A DNA stretch of 63,499 bases, filler included, from Bigelowiella natans CCMP2755 (GCA_000320545.1; 4 parts of 4 records of this genome joined end to end with filler, not necessarily neighbours in it), one strand, 5' to 3'. Numbered from the whole stretch's first letter, positions 39,092-52,814 are shown. The notes: generated by a model from the letters alone, not told the origin. Program-made: numbers and translations.

Positions 39092-40147
39092 CATTCTATT
39101 TCTAACACCCGTTCCTTTGAAAGAAACCGTCTTCTATACATCGGATTGTTGCATCCACCGAATATGAGTTGGAAATCAAATCAGGCGTTGATAGTGGCAT
39201 TGCCATCGAGCGAAGGGACCTCTCGACCTTATTGAATAAGGCTTGTTCGCGGAACTTTCTCAAGACTCTCACAGTATTAAAAGAAATAAATGTTTTTTAA
39301 AGTGCTTTGTATTGAGCTAAGACCTACGATCGGCCTGCTCAATGCAGCAAACACGTGCATTTTCCATCACAATATTGCACCCTTTTCAGTGTTCTTGTTT
39401 TATTAGGTGAAGGAGTTAAAGCAACGACTTAGGACGTTAGCAGTCGACCACAAGCATCATGTGGTGATGAAATCGGAATTGGTAGATCTGCTTTTCTCGG
39501 CAACGAAAAAAGAGGTATGATGGATGCTTTACGTGCGCAAGTGTGTATGTATGTGCCGTACATGCGTGTTACAGCTCCATTCTCATCTACATAGCTTCGT
39601 CTACAACTGGTATCGTATTTTCATCGTGGTCATGATCATCATCATCATCATCATGATCACCATCATCATCATAATTTCAAGTCACTCTTCTAACTTACCA
39701 TTCGGCGGGATATGGTATAATGGTACTACTACCCCGAAGGTGAGCAGATGGGGGCCTGTGGCAACGAACCAGTGGCATGCGAAGAAGGACCATGCAACAT
39801 GCAACTTGTGCAGCAAAAAGTAGGGACATTCAAGCTTCTTAGTCTTGCTCCACACTTTGACCCCTTGATTTTAACTATTCTTCAGTTTTTCTCTTCTAAG
39901 ACGCAAACACCATTGCCGATATTGTGGGAGAGTCGTCTGTAACGCATGCTCCAAAGGCCGAGCAAACTCTAATTCTAGAGTGGGTCATGAGAGTAAAAAT
40001 TTTAAAAGATCTCCAAGAAACCATAGTGGAGATCAATCCAATGAGAAAGGGCTTAGGATCTGTATAGAGTGTTCCGGAAAATTGCGAGCCCACGCAAAGA
40101 TACAGCGAGACCGCCAGAGCGTTAAGAATGGTTGTAAAACTCAATAA
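38347..40147 (+). CDS. RING-H2 + helix-extension-helix-like repeats + FYVE protein ending in CaaX (CKTQ); probable endosomal E3 ligase
   Basis: CSICL...CGHFFHKRCIGPW...CPTCR; repeated VKELKRRLKRLG and VKELKQRLRTLAV; WHAKKDHATCNLC...RRKHHCRYCGRVVCNACS...LRICIEC; ends NGCKTQ with TAA at 40145-40147. Start uncertain. Confidence 0.85.
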
Positions 40148-41733
40148 TATGTGTAAGAATCTCGAACATAGAAGTAGCGTATCGATAGTCGTAAAGCGTA
40201 TACGCAAAATTGTGTTGGCGTAATGTGCTTGGTGCTGCTCGCTGCATGCACGCACGCGCTGGTTTGATCTCCTGCGTCCTTAGAAGTCTCAAATGCATGC
40301 ATATGAACATCTAGATATGCATGTGCGCAAATAGCACGTACTATCGTACGTATTAGTAATATGACATGCGCGATCCTGCTTGGGCTGCGCAATGCTAGAA
40401 TGGTTGCTCCCTCTTTCGGTTTGAGCTGAGACATAGACGCTCAATCCGTTGCTTTTGATCATTGTTGTCCCAATTCATCAATTGGTCGCTCGCCCAAGCT
40501 AGCAAGCCTGCGCGGCTGTAAACATGCTGCATATGTTGTTAATGTTGGAAGTTCTGAGAAGTTTCGGGAGGCTTCGGGTAGCTTCCGGAAACTTCGAGAA
40601 TGCGACTTCCGCACGAACCCAATGTGCATGCATGTGACAAGAAGTCAAAAATCATCACACAATTCAAATGGACAAGTGACCTTTCGCTCACAACACATGC
40701 GCTGACTAGACGTATTCAGAGACGCTACCTGCTACCAATTTCTAGAACTGCAGTGTCTGCAAAAACATGTGCTCACATTGGAAGATTGCACAATGAGTAG
40801 TCAATAAACCTACAATGAATAGCTAGTTGTCCATGCATGATTTAGCAGGTGTGTAAGAGATGGGTGTGTGATTTTACAGCATGCTAGCATGCTGGAGCAC
40901 AGCTGCATGTAGCTAGTGTGATGACACACAATGTTGCACAAATATTAATAATTTGTGATTCGACATGATGCTAGCATGCCAGTTAGCCAGTCTAACAGTG
41001 CATGGCATGGCGGTGTGAAACCAGTTTGGTGGCATTCATGGCAAAGCTAGGAAGTTTTTAGCGAATTGCAAGCGATGCAACATGCTGACGGACGTTGCGG
41101 GTCATGCATGGTGACTAGGCTGACCATATTTACCTCGTGCACATGGCAACATCTAGACATGCACATGTGATTCATGCTCTCGCCACCGCACCATGTCTAT
41201 AGCAAATGCACATGATTTTGCATCCTCTTGCCATCATGCCACCCTATATGAGATGGCACACAGTCCGCCTTAGGTGCGTCTATCGCTGCATCGCGCAAAT
41301 GGATGCACGCACAAATGAACTGTTTGTTAACAGGTAGGTATAGGTCAAACACCACGAAGCATCTCCGTGTTACTATCACGCCCTCTGTCGCTTCAACAAA
41401 CCCGAAACATACGCTAACATCATTCATCACGCTGTTCTGATAGCTGCAATTTTTCGAGCGTTGGAATTTCCGACAACGGTCCAACAATTGGAACTCCCTT
41501 ACAAAAAATCATCAATGTCATAATGGCACGAGAAGGGTGGAGAAAATTTGTACCGCTGCTATGTATTCGGCGACGACCTGCGTTCCCTTTTGTGCTTGCA
41601 ACCTTATTTTTATTCCCACATCCATGATTCCCCATCATTAATATCACATTACAAAATCGATTTAACGACACAATGTGGATGATTTGCATAAGTGGATCAA
41701 CGAACACTATGGACGCCTTCTTGTAAAGACGGC

Positions 41734-42491
41734 TCAGCTACAGGACCGGAACTGTTTCTCTCACCTCACCTGTGCGGAAGCATTCTGATCTGGATCTCCA
41801 CCAATTTGTGCAAAGGGCCAAGCCATTCCCTCCTGGGATTATTGAATGAACTTGTTTGTTGGCCATCTAGGAATATACGCTCCGCTGTTGTACCATCTAA
41901 TATCTAGAAGTAGAGTTGAAGCTATTTCCGCTACCTGTGCCGACTTGCTAATTCCGGCTCTAAAACCTCCAAAGCTGCGATCGTTGCCCCCAGTGTGCAC
42001 ACGAAACCTGCAAGATGTCGCAGAGCACACAATGCATCATCTAAAAGCTTCGCATCTGACTGTCTCTTTTGGGTTAGTGTCGGTGAGTGAATGCTCGGTT
42101 CTCAGCCATACTTCCAACGTTCGCATTGCGCTTACATCGACGGATCATGAGCCTGGTGGCCACACACAGCAAATAATGATGTACTGTGGAACGATGAAGG
42201 GCGCGAGCAGCAAGCTCACGCCTTTGGAAGGAAAGGGGGAGTTTCAGGTGGAAGGAATATAAGTACAACGAGGTTGCCTGGAGACATGTGATTATCTCAA
42301 CGACCTTCCATCAGCTTTTGCCGCCAGGTTTATTGGAAGAGCTGCCTTTGGCAGGTTACTCAATTGAGGAATTCCTATTTCATTCATTGGTATCATCGGA
42401 ACAATGCGGTGGGGCATGGAAATGAGAGGATGGCAGTAGAGCGACTGCAAGCAGCGGCGCAAGCATGCGAGGAGAGAGCGAGAGCGAGAGC

Positions 42492-42533
<42 letters not shown>

Positions 42534-43988
42534 ATTACTAATATTAGAATTTAGAAGTAATTCGAAAAAAATGAGATAAGTATCAGCATGGATTATTTGA
42601 AATTGGATTTCGGCTTCTATCCGCATCGTATGGTCAAAACCCATCGATGGGGTTTCGCAGTCGTCTTAAATCCTCCAAAAACACCATTTCCCCTTAAATG
42701 ATATAGGCTGATTTGTTCAAAGATCGACTAACTAACTGCCTGACTTCGGAGCAGCTCCTTCGTCTCATGCCAGGTCCCATCCAATACCTGAGAGGGAGAG
42801 TGGCACAAGGAGATACATGAGCGATGGAGAAATAATCCTACGACGGTGAAATTGGACAAATTTGGGAGATGGATCAAAATGATGAGGGCATTCGATGGGG
42901 GAAGGGGGAACTAGATACAGAGAGCGCAGCGCGAAGCTACCAACAAGAAAAAGATAAAAACAAAAAATGCGTCGGTTAAGAGAATCCTAACTACGGTCCG
43001 GTTTACAAGTAGAGTCTCGACGGATTGACGACTTTCTGGAGATTCCGGGGACGGCATTAGCATCTTATCCAAATCAACTGCATCCTTCCCCGGGTAGAGG
43101 ATGATGGTCCTGCGTTATTCGATGGTGTGTTATCAGCAAACTGCCATATCGGAAAGCTACCCCACATAGCGCAACAATACAATTTCGACTTCGATTTCGG
43201 CGTTCTAGCGTTGCATGGAACTATTGTTTGGGGGGGGGGAAGGGGTAAGTTCTGTTTCCTCGTAAAACACAGTCGTAACTACAGTTCTCTTAGGTAGATA
43301 AGACTGCGCGGCGTGGGTATTCTTTTCGTGAAGTGATAACCACCCGTTACGGCCCTCTCCCAGCGCTTGATCCAGGCTCGGATACCTTGATATTATTCAG
43401 CAGCCAGCCCATCGGAGGACGACAAAGATCTTAGGAGAGACTTCACGACACACTATGGCAAACTAACCAGTTTTTTTCTTTCTAATTTCTCAACTCCATT
43501 AGCGACGAAAATTACATTCTGAGCAAAGATGCGGTCTCCTCTTGGGAGCCCGATGTTCCTGAGAGCGAGAAGAACCACCGACACGTATTCACGTGTACCA
43601 TGACAAGGGACGGGGAAGGAGGAGGAAAGGACGAATAGCAACGAAAACTCAACAAGTCGTTGGATTGCTGTCACACATTATGTTTGCCTTTGTTTCGGGA
43701 TGACCTTCCGGATGCACATATCGGCACTCGATTACTTCACAGCCGGCGAACACACCTGAATATACAACTCAATTGCCACTCTACACTTTGCAATTGCGCG
43801 GCGTGGTTAGTGTGCATACCCACACGCTCGTACATAATCATATAATACTGTGGGCAATATGAACGGTCATTTTGTTCCTTCTCCTATCTGTTTACTACCA
43901 GGGCATAAATAACCTGATATGATAAAATCAAGGAAGAGAAATCGAGAGGAGGAAAAAAGGAGACGATAGAGAGAAAGAGAGGGAGAGA

Positions 43989-44033
<45 letters not shown>

Positions 44034-44049
44034 GGAGAGAGATGGAGAA

Positions 44050-44090
<41 letters not shown>

Positions 44091-45707
44091 TTTTTCAGAT
44101 CTGGAAAAACTTACATAAAACGTGAATAGCACAAGCGATTATATGATATTTTGGTTATCGTAGATGGCGGGTTTCGTTGATTCGTCGTTGTATCCTTTCC
44201 AACATACACGAGCATGCATTCTGTCTCACCCGTGCCTACGGTCCTCTTAGCCTCCCTTCATGTGTTGCCGACAAAGAGCACGGTAACATCAAAGAGAACA
44301 TCCATATAATTCGCGGATAAGACAAGAAGTCATGGGACAAAATCACTCACGCCTTTCTACTGCTGCTTCTACTATTAAATCATTGCTATCTTCGAGGAAA
44401 TTAAAATTTTAATAGCATCGAATAAAACAGAGATGAGTAGAATAAAGAAGAAATGCCTCATAAGGACTTATTACGGAAGATTACTGACCTTTGATGCATC
44501 AAAATCAATATTTTTGTCTTGATCTGAACATCATTCTCAGCGTAAGGGGATGCGCACATTTTAAGAAGCCCTTACAGACACCCGCCACAACACAAAGTAG
44601 TAATGAAGCGGGGAAAAAAGGCTGTTTCCTCTGACATCGCAGCGCTTTAGTAATGAAAATTTTTGTATCATCTCCCACCTTTGTTGGTCCTGGTTTCGGA
44701 AACCATGCGCACACACAGACGTGGCTTGCTCGATGGCATTTGTGACACATATCCCTTTGTGGAGGGATCTCTTCCCCGTCCGACGTGCAGTTGATAGTCC
44801 TTGGCTGAAGGCATGGCAGTTGAATAAAACAATGTGCGATTTGAATCCTTCATTCACTGGCCCACTCACACGCACAGGTGTAGATCGCACACACGCACGA
44901 ACAATCCCCACTCACCATACACAACGCCATAGCGACGACTACAGTAGAATCAGTCACTGATGTTCTCTGTTTCTCCCTACTCCATCTCCCCCCCCCCTTC
45001 TCTTTTCTTCGTGTTCCCCCCACAACACATCAGCACACCTCCACTGTGGAGCCAGGGAGTCGTGTCGGCAATCTGACACCTCCGTAAGCCCTTCGGCGCT
45101 TTGGGGATCTATGTTTGAGCACAGCTGCTGTTTTCGCAGCGTCCTCATCTTGGCTACTTCCAGCCTCTATGCTTTCACGATTGCTGTTTCCCTGCCCCCC
45201 GATACCGGCTCGGAGTCGTCTCCAACGGCCTCCTGAGTGGCGGCCGAGATCTCGCAACTTGAAGAGGGTACTGCTGGCGCCCCAACACTTATTTGCCGTC
45301 TTTCCATGCTCCACACATGAGCTTCTTACCGAGGTGAATTTGAGGAGAATAAAAAGGAGGAGGAGGAGGGGACAACGGAGGGGGGACAGGCTACCGGTAG
45401 GCAGTCTCTTACTTGGCCTTCCTGCTGCATAACAGTAATTCATGATAAACACGAGGTGGGGGGCGAGTTCATGGTTGATACTTGAAGGATATCTAAAATG
45501 GACAACGAAGCCTCTGCAACGCCACAGTAGAAAAAGGAACACGTGGGGGAGGAGGGGGGGGAGTACCCGCCCACATCCGCTGAGAGGGAGCCTGTCGTCT
45601 TCGCCGAATTTTCCGGGTGCGATTCTTGCCACCCGGCTCCGATGAGAGAGGCAGAGCTGACTTGCTCCGAATTCACGGCAAAGCAAGTTGGAGAAGAAAC
45701 GCAACAT
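41734..45707 (-). CDS. DTW-domain tRNA-uridine aminocarboxypropyltransferase (DTWD2/TapT-like); 5' end uncertain
   Basis: Zn-knuckle RDMCHKCHRASHVCVC (about 44710-44755), HPEGHPETK, IILYPGKDA, VLDGTWHETK (about 42760-42787), LMIRR, FVCTLGATIAALE, LGPLHKLVEIQ. Confidence 0.78.
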
Positions 45708-46288
45708 GGAAATGACCTAAAAAAACATGCAAGGAAGATGATGGAGCCCCCTAGATCTATCTACTCCTCTCGCTGGGTTTTGAAGCATTTTTGTCATTCT
45801 TTCACAAAAACAAAACGCATCGTTGGCTGCTTCTGCGGAGTTTTTCCGTCGGCCATTTCACCTTTTGCATCTTGGCAGTTTTCGCTTTTAACCTTTGTAA
45901 TGGGAAAAATGAGTTTTATCTAATATTTCGAGGGATGCCGGGATTTACTTATGTCGCTTGTAATGTTCCACCACCGTTTTTTTTTTAAGTTTCGCTGAAA
46001 CGTAGTTTGTGTAAATCTAACACACGGTATTTGTCGTAAGTAGGTAATACAACACAACAGCGTTGCCCAAAACCGCGTCGGAAACAAAGTGTTGTTTTCT
46101 TTAGCGCCGATGGAAGAATTCTGGGAAGAAAATAACTAGATGTTTCTCCGGTAAGCATGACTACATGTTTGCGCAAGGTAGCCAGTAGAACGCTGCAGGA
46201 GAAAAATGCAGCACCACATCTTAAGGAAAACCGTAAATTGGTAACCGAAAATAGCTTGTAACTGACAGAACCGCTCGCTTCTTGGAGC

Positions 46289-47346
46289 ATGGCGGCCAAG
46301 GGGGATGGCCCACCAGCGCTGGGAATGGAGGACGTTGGCCATGCAGACACCAAGCACGGGGATACGGAAAAGTCACACATTTCCCGGAAAAATGTAAGTG
46401 AGAAGTTTGATTCAAACTTAGAGAAAAATAGCGCAGTGAGACGAACAAAAGGCTCACGTGGAAACAGAGACTGTGTGCTCCTCGATCAAGGGTGATTTAA
46501 AGGGGCTGGGGGATAGTCAACAAACCAGTCTGGCATTTGCAGGCTTGGTGTTAAGATAAGATTTCATTTCCTATGACATGAATATCATTAACGATCGATC
46601 TTGGCGCGAAAGCGAGATGCCAAACTTTGTAATAGTGGAGCACAGATCAAAGTCATCTATCTGAATATGCTCGTTCTTAGGGTCCCCCTAATGATGAAAC
46701 AATTAGATATTTTATCAAAATAATCTTTGGGGAGGATAATCCTGGATGGTTTACCAGTCGTTATAAAAAGTCACGCTCCAAACAATTAACGGAGAAACCA
46801 GCAGCCTTGCCTGGCCAAATTCCCGGAAGAGAAAAGCCCAGCGACGGCGACGGCGATTATAAAACTGATCGTGGCACAGAGGATCATGCAATTGAGAAGC
46901 GCAACAATTTACCTGATCGGGGATTAATGGAGAAATTAAAACCTGACCGGAGATTCAATAATCTTCGGGTCGAAAGATTACTGCTAGATTTCATTCGGGT
47001 AGACTCAACTTGCCAACAATTGTCATGACTTCTCACCAATCTGACTCTGTGACCTACAAAGATAATCTAATCTTTTCTCACATTTTATTCCTCTTGTCTA
47101 TACAATTTTTGGGTCTCGATTCCCCTTTTCCTAAACGCACGCGCTCTTGCCTAACTACACGTGAAAGGACACCGAGCCGGCTGCGACTCGCGGGAAACCG
47201 TTGGGGTTTACAATAAAGTCAGAGCATCTAGAATCGGAAGCAAACTTCCTAGATCTATTGCCCTGCAGTATTGAAAAAAAGAAGGGTGAGAAGTTTTCAT
47301 CCATGATACATCTTCACGTTGTCTCTCTTGCGTTTGAACCCAACCG

Positions 47347-47381
<35 letters not shown>

Positions 47382-48028
47382 TCCTTCTCCATAAATACAC
47401 ACACACATACACATACACACATATACAAATCACTCACCGTACGCCTGTCATTTGCCACAGCACCCTCGACAATTACCAAAACCATGCTAAAGATTCGCCT
47501 TCTTATTACTTCTCCGTATGTTACATCGAAGGGGGGATTTTCAACTCTGAGAAAGTGTTCGTCTCTGGAAACGATGGTTTTTTTGAGATGGAATCGGATC
47601 CTTCTCATGTCACGAATAAGTGAGCACTGTTACCTCACACAAAAAAATAAAATCCATCTTATGAGACATTGGAATATTGTTGACTTTACCATTCTTTCAA
47701 AGAGAGAATTATCAGTGCTACATGATTTCAAATCTCTTTTCAATTCACCCCTCCTATTCATTGGATTATGTTGCGAAAAATAAGCTTGCTGGTGTGGACG
47801 AAGGATTTGAATAACCGCGGGTAGTATCTCCCAATTCCAAAGGAAAATACGACTACGAAAAGCATACTAAAGAGGGGCATATCGCTCCATTGAAAGATGA
47901 CTGGAAGTGACTTTGTCTTCTTTATCGATCTCACCCGCAGATATCGTCTGAGAGAAAGATATTTATCGCTTATCTTTAGGTAAGTAGGCACTTGTTTTTC
48001 ATTCAAGAGCTAAGGAGATACTGAGAGA

Positions 48029-48072
<44 letters not shown>

Positions 48073-48867
48073 GGAAGAAATCCTAATGATTTGTTTGCTA
48101 GATGATTGGTGTACACACACGTCACACAAGCACCCACAAATACTCACGTATGCATATAGTAATAATAATAATACTAATAATAATAATTATATTATACTGA
48201 CAATGTGTGTGCTTGTGTGTGTGGGTTTTAATTTAGTGAAACTCCCGAGCTTGGTGATGATAAGAAAGTTGATGAATATCTGATATGCATCTGTAAGCTC
48301 TTGGACTCTGAGGTACTACTACGAAACCTCCCTTCGTCTGCAGACTTCAAAAAATAAATTTGAAAAATACTTCTATACGAGGACATGTGAAGCTAGTGTC
48401 CAATTGCAATATTGAGATGATGTCGCAGTTTCTCTCCAATCCTTTGCCTTCGTCACTGTAGCGTCCCTTTTAATTGATTAATTCCTTCTCTCTTTGTTTG
48501 CATTAATTTTGCACCTCGTACATTCACAATTAGATGTCATATAGTGGAATAAAAGTGGAGCATCTTAAAAAATGGGAGAAGTTTAGTAAGGTTCTTCTTC
48601 CATTGATGATCTACAAACGCACGCAATTAGACGCAATATTCAATGTTCATATTATATATGCTATGTCGTTCGTGCTTCTTTGTCTTTCTCATCCATTTTC
48701 CACTCAATTCGACAAAGTAATCGCGTATTTATATGCATTTGGTCTGATCCCCCCCCCCGCCCACCACCAGGGGGTTTTTGCCGGAAAGGGGTGTGGACGG
48801 CGGGAGGGGGACGGCTTCAGACTCGGGTGTGTCACCGAGTGCCGCTTCCTGATAAAAGATTCATACG
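46289..48867 (+). CDS. Multi-exon hypothetical protein (3' end lost in gap)
   Basis: Chain of GT-AG-bounded open exons: MAAKGDGPP...SRKN|gtaagt, ERLLLDFIR, LESEANFLDLLPC, YYFSVCYIEGG, YRLRERYLSLIF|gtaagt, MSYSGIKVEHLKKWEKFSK. No family recognised. Confidence 0.55.
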
Positions 48868-48892
48868 GTAGACCTGGACCGCGAGAACGACA

Positions 48893-48992
48893 NNNNNNNN
48901 NNNNNNNNNNNNNNNNNNNNNNNNNNNNNNNNNNNNTTAATTAATTAANNNNNNNNNNNNNNNNNNNNNNNNNNNNNNNNNNNNNNNNNNNN
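48893..48992. other. Assembly gap/linker
   Basis: Same N/TTAATTAATTAA/N construct. Confidence 0.97.
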
Positions 48993-49028
48993 AAGGGGGA
49001 CGGAGCGGAGGACGAAATAGATCAAACG

Positions 49029-49070
<42 letters not shown>

Positions 49071-49148
49071 CTGTTATTCAATGACTCTTCGCCGACGACA
49101 TACCCCATACAGCCTGACTTTCTGCTTGCTCCGTCCCTTCGGTCTCAC

Positions 49149-49771
49149 CTTCGGCTGGTTAGAGGAGGGGTTGGATGCACTGGCTAATTTGGCCACCGAA
49201 AGCCGCTTGTGAATTGCGGTAATGCTGGAACGACGTCTCTGTGAAAGCTGTGACTTCGTGCCAGGAGCGGGCTGCGAAAGCGTCTTATCTGCCGCCGCAG
49301 ACAACGCATCGTCCCCTCCCCTGTTTTCGGGTTGGCGAAGGCTTCGTCGAGCGTGTAGATCTCTTCGACGTCAGGGAGCGCGTCGATCTTGTGCTGGTCC
49401 TCCTTGTGTGTGGCAATGATCTTCTCCATCTCGGCGACGATGCCTTTGAACTCCGATTCGGCCCCGTCGTTTTTCTTCTCCGTGGCGGCTGCCCCGTACT
49501 GCAGATCTAAAAGCTCCACCCACTCACCCAACTCCCTCTCCTTGAGGTATGCCCTCATGCCTTTGATGTCCAACACCGACCCCTTCGTGAATTTGTGCAG
49601 CAGGTCGAGGTGCACGGCGTGGAAGAAGTTGAAGGTGACATCATACTGAAGATCCAGCATTCCGGTTCGGTAGCTTGATAGCTCCACAGCATCCCATCCG
49701 GATGGAGTATGGACCTATTTTGTGGGTAGTTGGGTGGGAATTTCGGGGACTCGGTTATGTGAAATGTGAAG

Positions 49772-49821
<50 letters not shown>

Positions 49822-50312
49822 CGCTTTCACCTTCGGATTCGCTCCAGCTTTCAAGAGGCCGTTTATGGCCTTGGATGAGCCGAACATACATGCTATATGA
49901 AAAGGTGTGTATCCAACTTCCTCTTCCTTCTCTTCCTCCAGAAACTTCGGCCATGACAGCTTTAGGATCTTTCTGACAGTCTTGAGCTTCCCCGTCGTCT
50001 TAGTGGAGATACGGCTGATAAGACTTTGCCGCAACGATTTTGAAGAGAACACCCAATCGCTGCCCGACATCGCAGGTATAAGATGGCATGGATGAAACCC
50101 CTGAGAACAAACATTCGATACATCATTCTAGAATGGGGGGGGGGCTGATCTCGCTCCTCTGGGTTTTGGAAAACAAATTGCCGCCTCTGATGCTTCCTGT
50201 TCTCTTTCTTCACTACCTTGAAACGGTCGTTCCCTTCCAACGCTTCCTTGACCACCTTGCTCTTCCGGCTCGCAACGGCCTTGCGAAGTGCCTCCAGGCC
50301 CTTGGAGTCCAT
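49149..50312 (-). CDS. Ankyrin-repeat protein (3' end lost in gap)
   Basis: MDSKGLEALRKAV..., ankyrin consensus GYTPFHIACMFGSSKAINGLLKAGANPK|VHTPSGWDAVEL, followed by a long coding exon. Confidence 0.75.
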
Positions 50313-50936
50313 TGTTGTCACCTTCTTGCCCCTCCTCCTATTATCGCTCTCCACAAGAAGTTGTTCGCCCTAAATTCGAGGTGAACAGTTGTCGTTTTTT
50401 ATCTGCGACAAGAAAATATAGGCGATTTTATTTAATTTATTGCGATTTTGCCTTGGAATGGCCGCATCTGGAACGACGAGGCTACGAGAGTTGCTCTATC
50501 CTGCTCGCAACCACGAGAACAAAAAAAAGTCCTCCGAGGTTCGATCCTGGCAAGATTACATCGGGATAACATCGTAGATATGTGGCTCCAGATAAGTCGG
50601 CCTGCACTCGGAGAGGTTTCAAGGATTCCCCCTGCGTTTCCTGCCATGCGGCAGTAGGTGGGTCTTCGTAACGCGGCGGTTTTTTGATGAAGAGCACGGG
50701 AACTGAATGTCGCAGGATAATATCGCATGTCATTTTAGATGATTTTCCGACCAAAAAAAGCTTTTTGCTTGTCGCAATGTATTAATTGTTATTTGCTCAG
50801 CTCACACAAGGGCCCTGTCCTTGCGCCTTGCTCCTCCTCCCACCTCCTTTTCACGGTAGGCCGCCCCACCAGGAAGGCGGGGAATCTTCGAGGGCAGAGC
50901 GTTGTGGTATTGAACTCGTGATTGGCGCGGATACCT

Positions 50937-51855
50937 ATGCTCCGGCGTGTAGGAAAGGTGCAACCCCCCCCCCTTTGTGACTCTTCGGGGAAGAAGTGAG
51001 CGGGACGTGCTGTTTTCTGTGTTCTTCTCTAGATTGCTTTCTACACGGTGCCGACGGCGGTTTACTTCCATGACAACATTGCACAGGCAAGGAAAATAGC
51101 TCATGCTCCTGTGTTGCATGCGCGTGTGCCTGTGCGTGTGGTGTTTGTTTTGTGTGAAGATTCATTCACGGTGAGGTTCGTGTCCATGCGAAAACTTCTT
51201 CTTCCGCATATAGGGCATGGTTATTCATGTCTATCTTATGAAGACTGCTGCTTATGCTGTCGGGAGGGATGTCCACTGCCTCTCACTAATCTCACACCAC
51301 CCCATCAGATCACCAAAATAGAGGGATCTTCCATGCAGCCGACTCTCAACCCGAACAACAGCAGGTTAGTTTTCCCGACAGAATTAGGGCAAAAGGGCGA
51401 CTAGGACGATACGCCATGTCTAAACTATCATTTATGAGAGCGAAAGTGCGTGTGTGTTTCGAGTTGGCAGCTTGAGCGTGTTATGTTGGTCTGCTCAGAA
51501 TGAGCGACGATTATGTGGTTCTCGCAAAGTGCTTCTACTCTCCGAAACGCGGGGACGTGGTTGTGGCAAGGTCGGTGCGTCGCCGAAGCTCATCGCAGCT
51601 GCCGCTGCTTAGAGTTAGTAGTTTCCGGGCAACACGGGGAAGGTTTGATGTGAGTGGGAATCTATCATCAGTTTTTGTGTCTACACATTTTAGATCGCCA
51701 ACCTCCCCTCGTGAGAAAATAGTGAAGCGCATCATCGGTAGTAGCTCTACTCCTTGCTATTCTTTCTCTCCTATTCATTCCGAGCATAGTTTTATGCAGA
51801 GAACCACCGTGTATTACACAAGTATTTTCAGATAGTTACTAATCACGTACACACA

Positions 51856-51892
<37 letters not shown>

Positions 51893-51916
51893 TTACACAC
51901 ACTTAATATGCAATAT

Positions 51917-51962
<46 letters not shown>

Positions 51963-52783
51963 TGAACTTATCCCCCCCAAAACAATTACTAAGCATCTGC
52001 TGCGTAACTCACCTCGCCACTGTGCCTGCACGTCCATTGATGAGGTCGTCGTTTCCATGTCCTCCTCTTCCTCCTCCTCCTCCTCCTCCTCCTCCTCCTC
52101 TTCCTCCTCCTCCTCCTCCTCCTCCTCCTCCTCTTCCTCCTCCTCCTCCTCCTCCTCCTCCTCCTCCTCCTCCTCCTCCTTTCCTATCGCTTAGGACTGC
52201 CTGGGGATATCATCCGCGAGAGGGGAGGGGACGATGGTTTTGGCGTTACTCGCGTCCCTAAGGGCCATTGCTGGCTGGAAGGTGCGGATTTATTTGAAAT
52301 GCGCACAGGTGCGCATAGGCACCGCCATTACCTTTCTTTACTTATGTAAGAGGGCTTTTGGCACAAATTGTCAGTTTGTGAGAGTATTGACTGTGGTATT
52401 GCTTTCTCCCTCGTCGCACTGGGTCCCCTCCCCCCCGCCCCTTGTTGCAGGTGACAACAAGTCCTCGTCGTATGACTCGAATGGCTTCGGACCGGTAGAG
52501 ACTTTCGATTGCTCTTGACATCCCACAGTGTTTCCCTGTCCTTACTAAATCAACCTAAATCTCTATATCGGCCGTTCACCATCACCATTGTTTAATCCAG
52601 TTTATGACCACCCCTTTCTGACCTCTGCCCCACCCCCCCCCCCCCCCTGTCTTGTCTCTTCCAATGGCCCTTTTTTAAAGGAAGGTTTCTTGTTTTTAAT
52701 TGGCCCCCCCCCCATATTGATGTACGGTTGGGCTTGACACTTTGAAGTTGATAACTTTAAGAAAACCCCAAGGATTCTCAATG

Positions 52784-52814
<31 letters not shown>

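Noticed and set aside
130-40147. Endosomal gene cluster (CLEC16A, tetraspanin, CCDC22, RING-FYVE)
   Set aside because: Interspersed with unrelated genes and split by a gap; compatible with chance.
43867-43869. Apparent in-frame TGA (selenocysteine or recoding) in the DTW gene
   Set aside because: A GTAGTA donor upstream removes it and joins GYLCP to GVFAG in frame.
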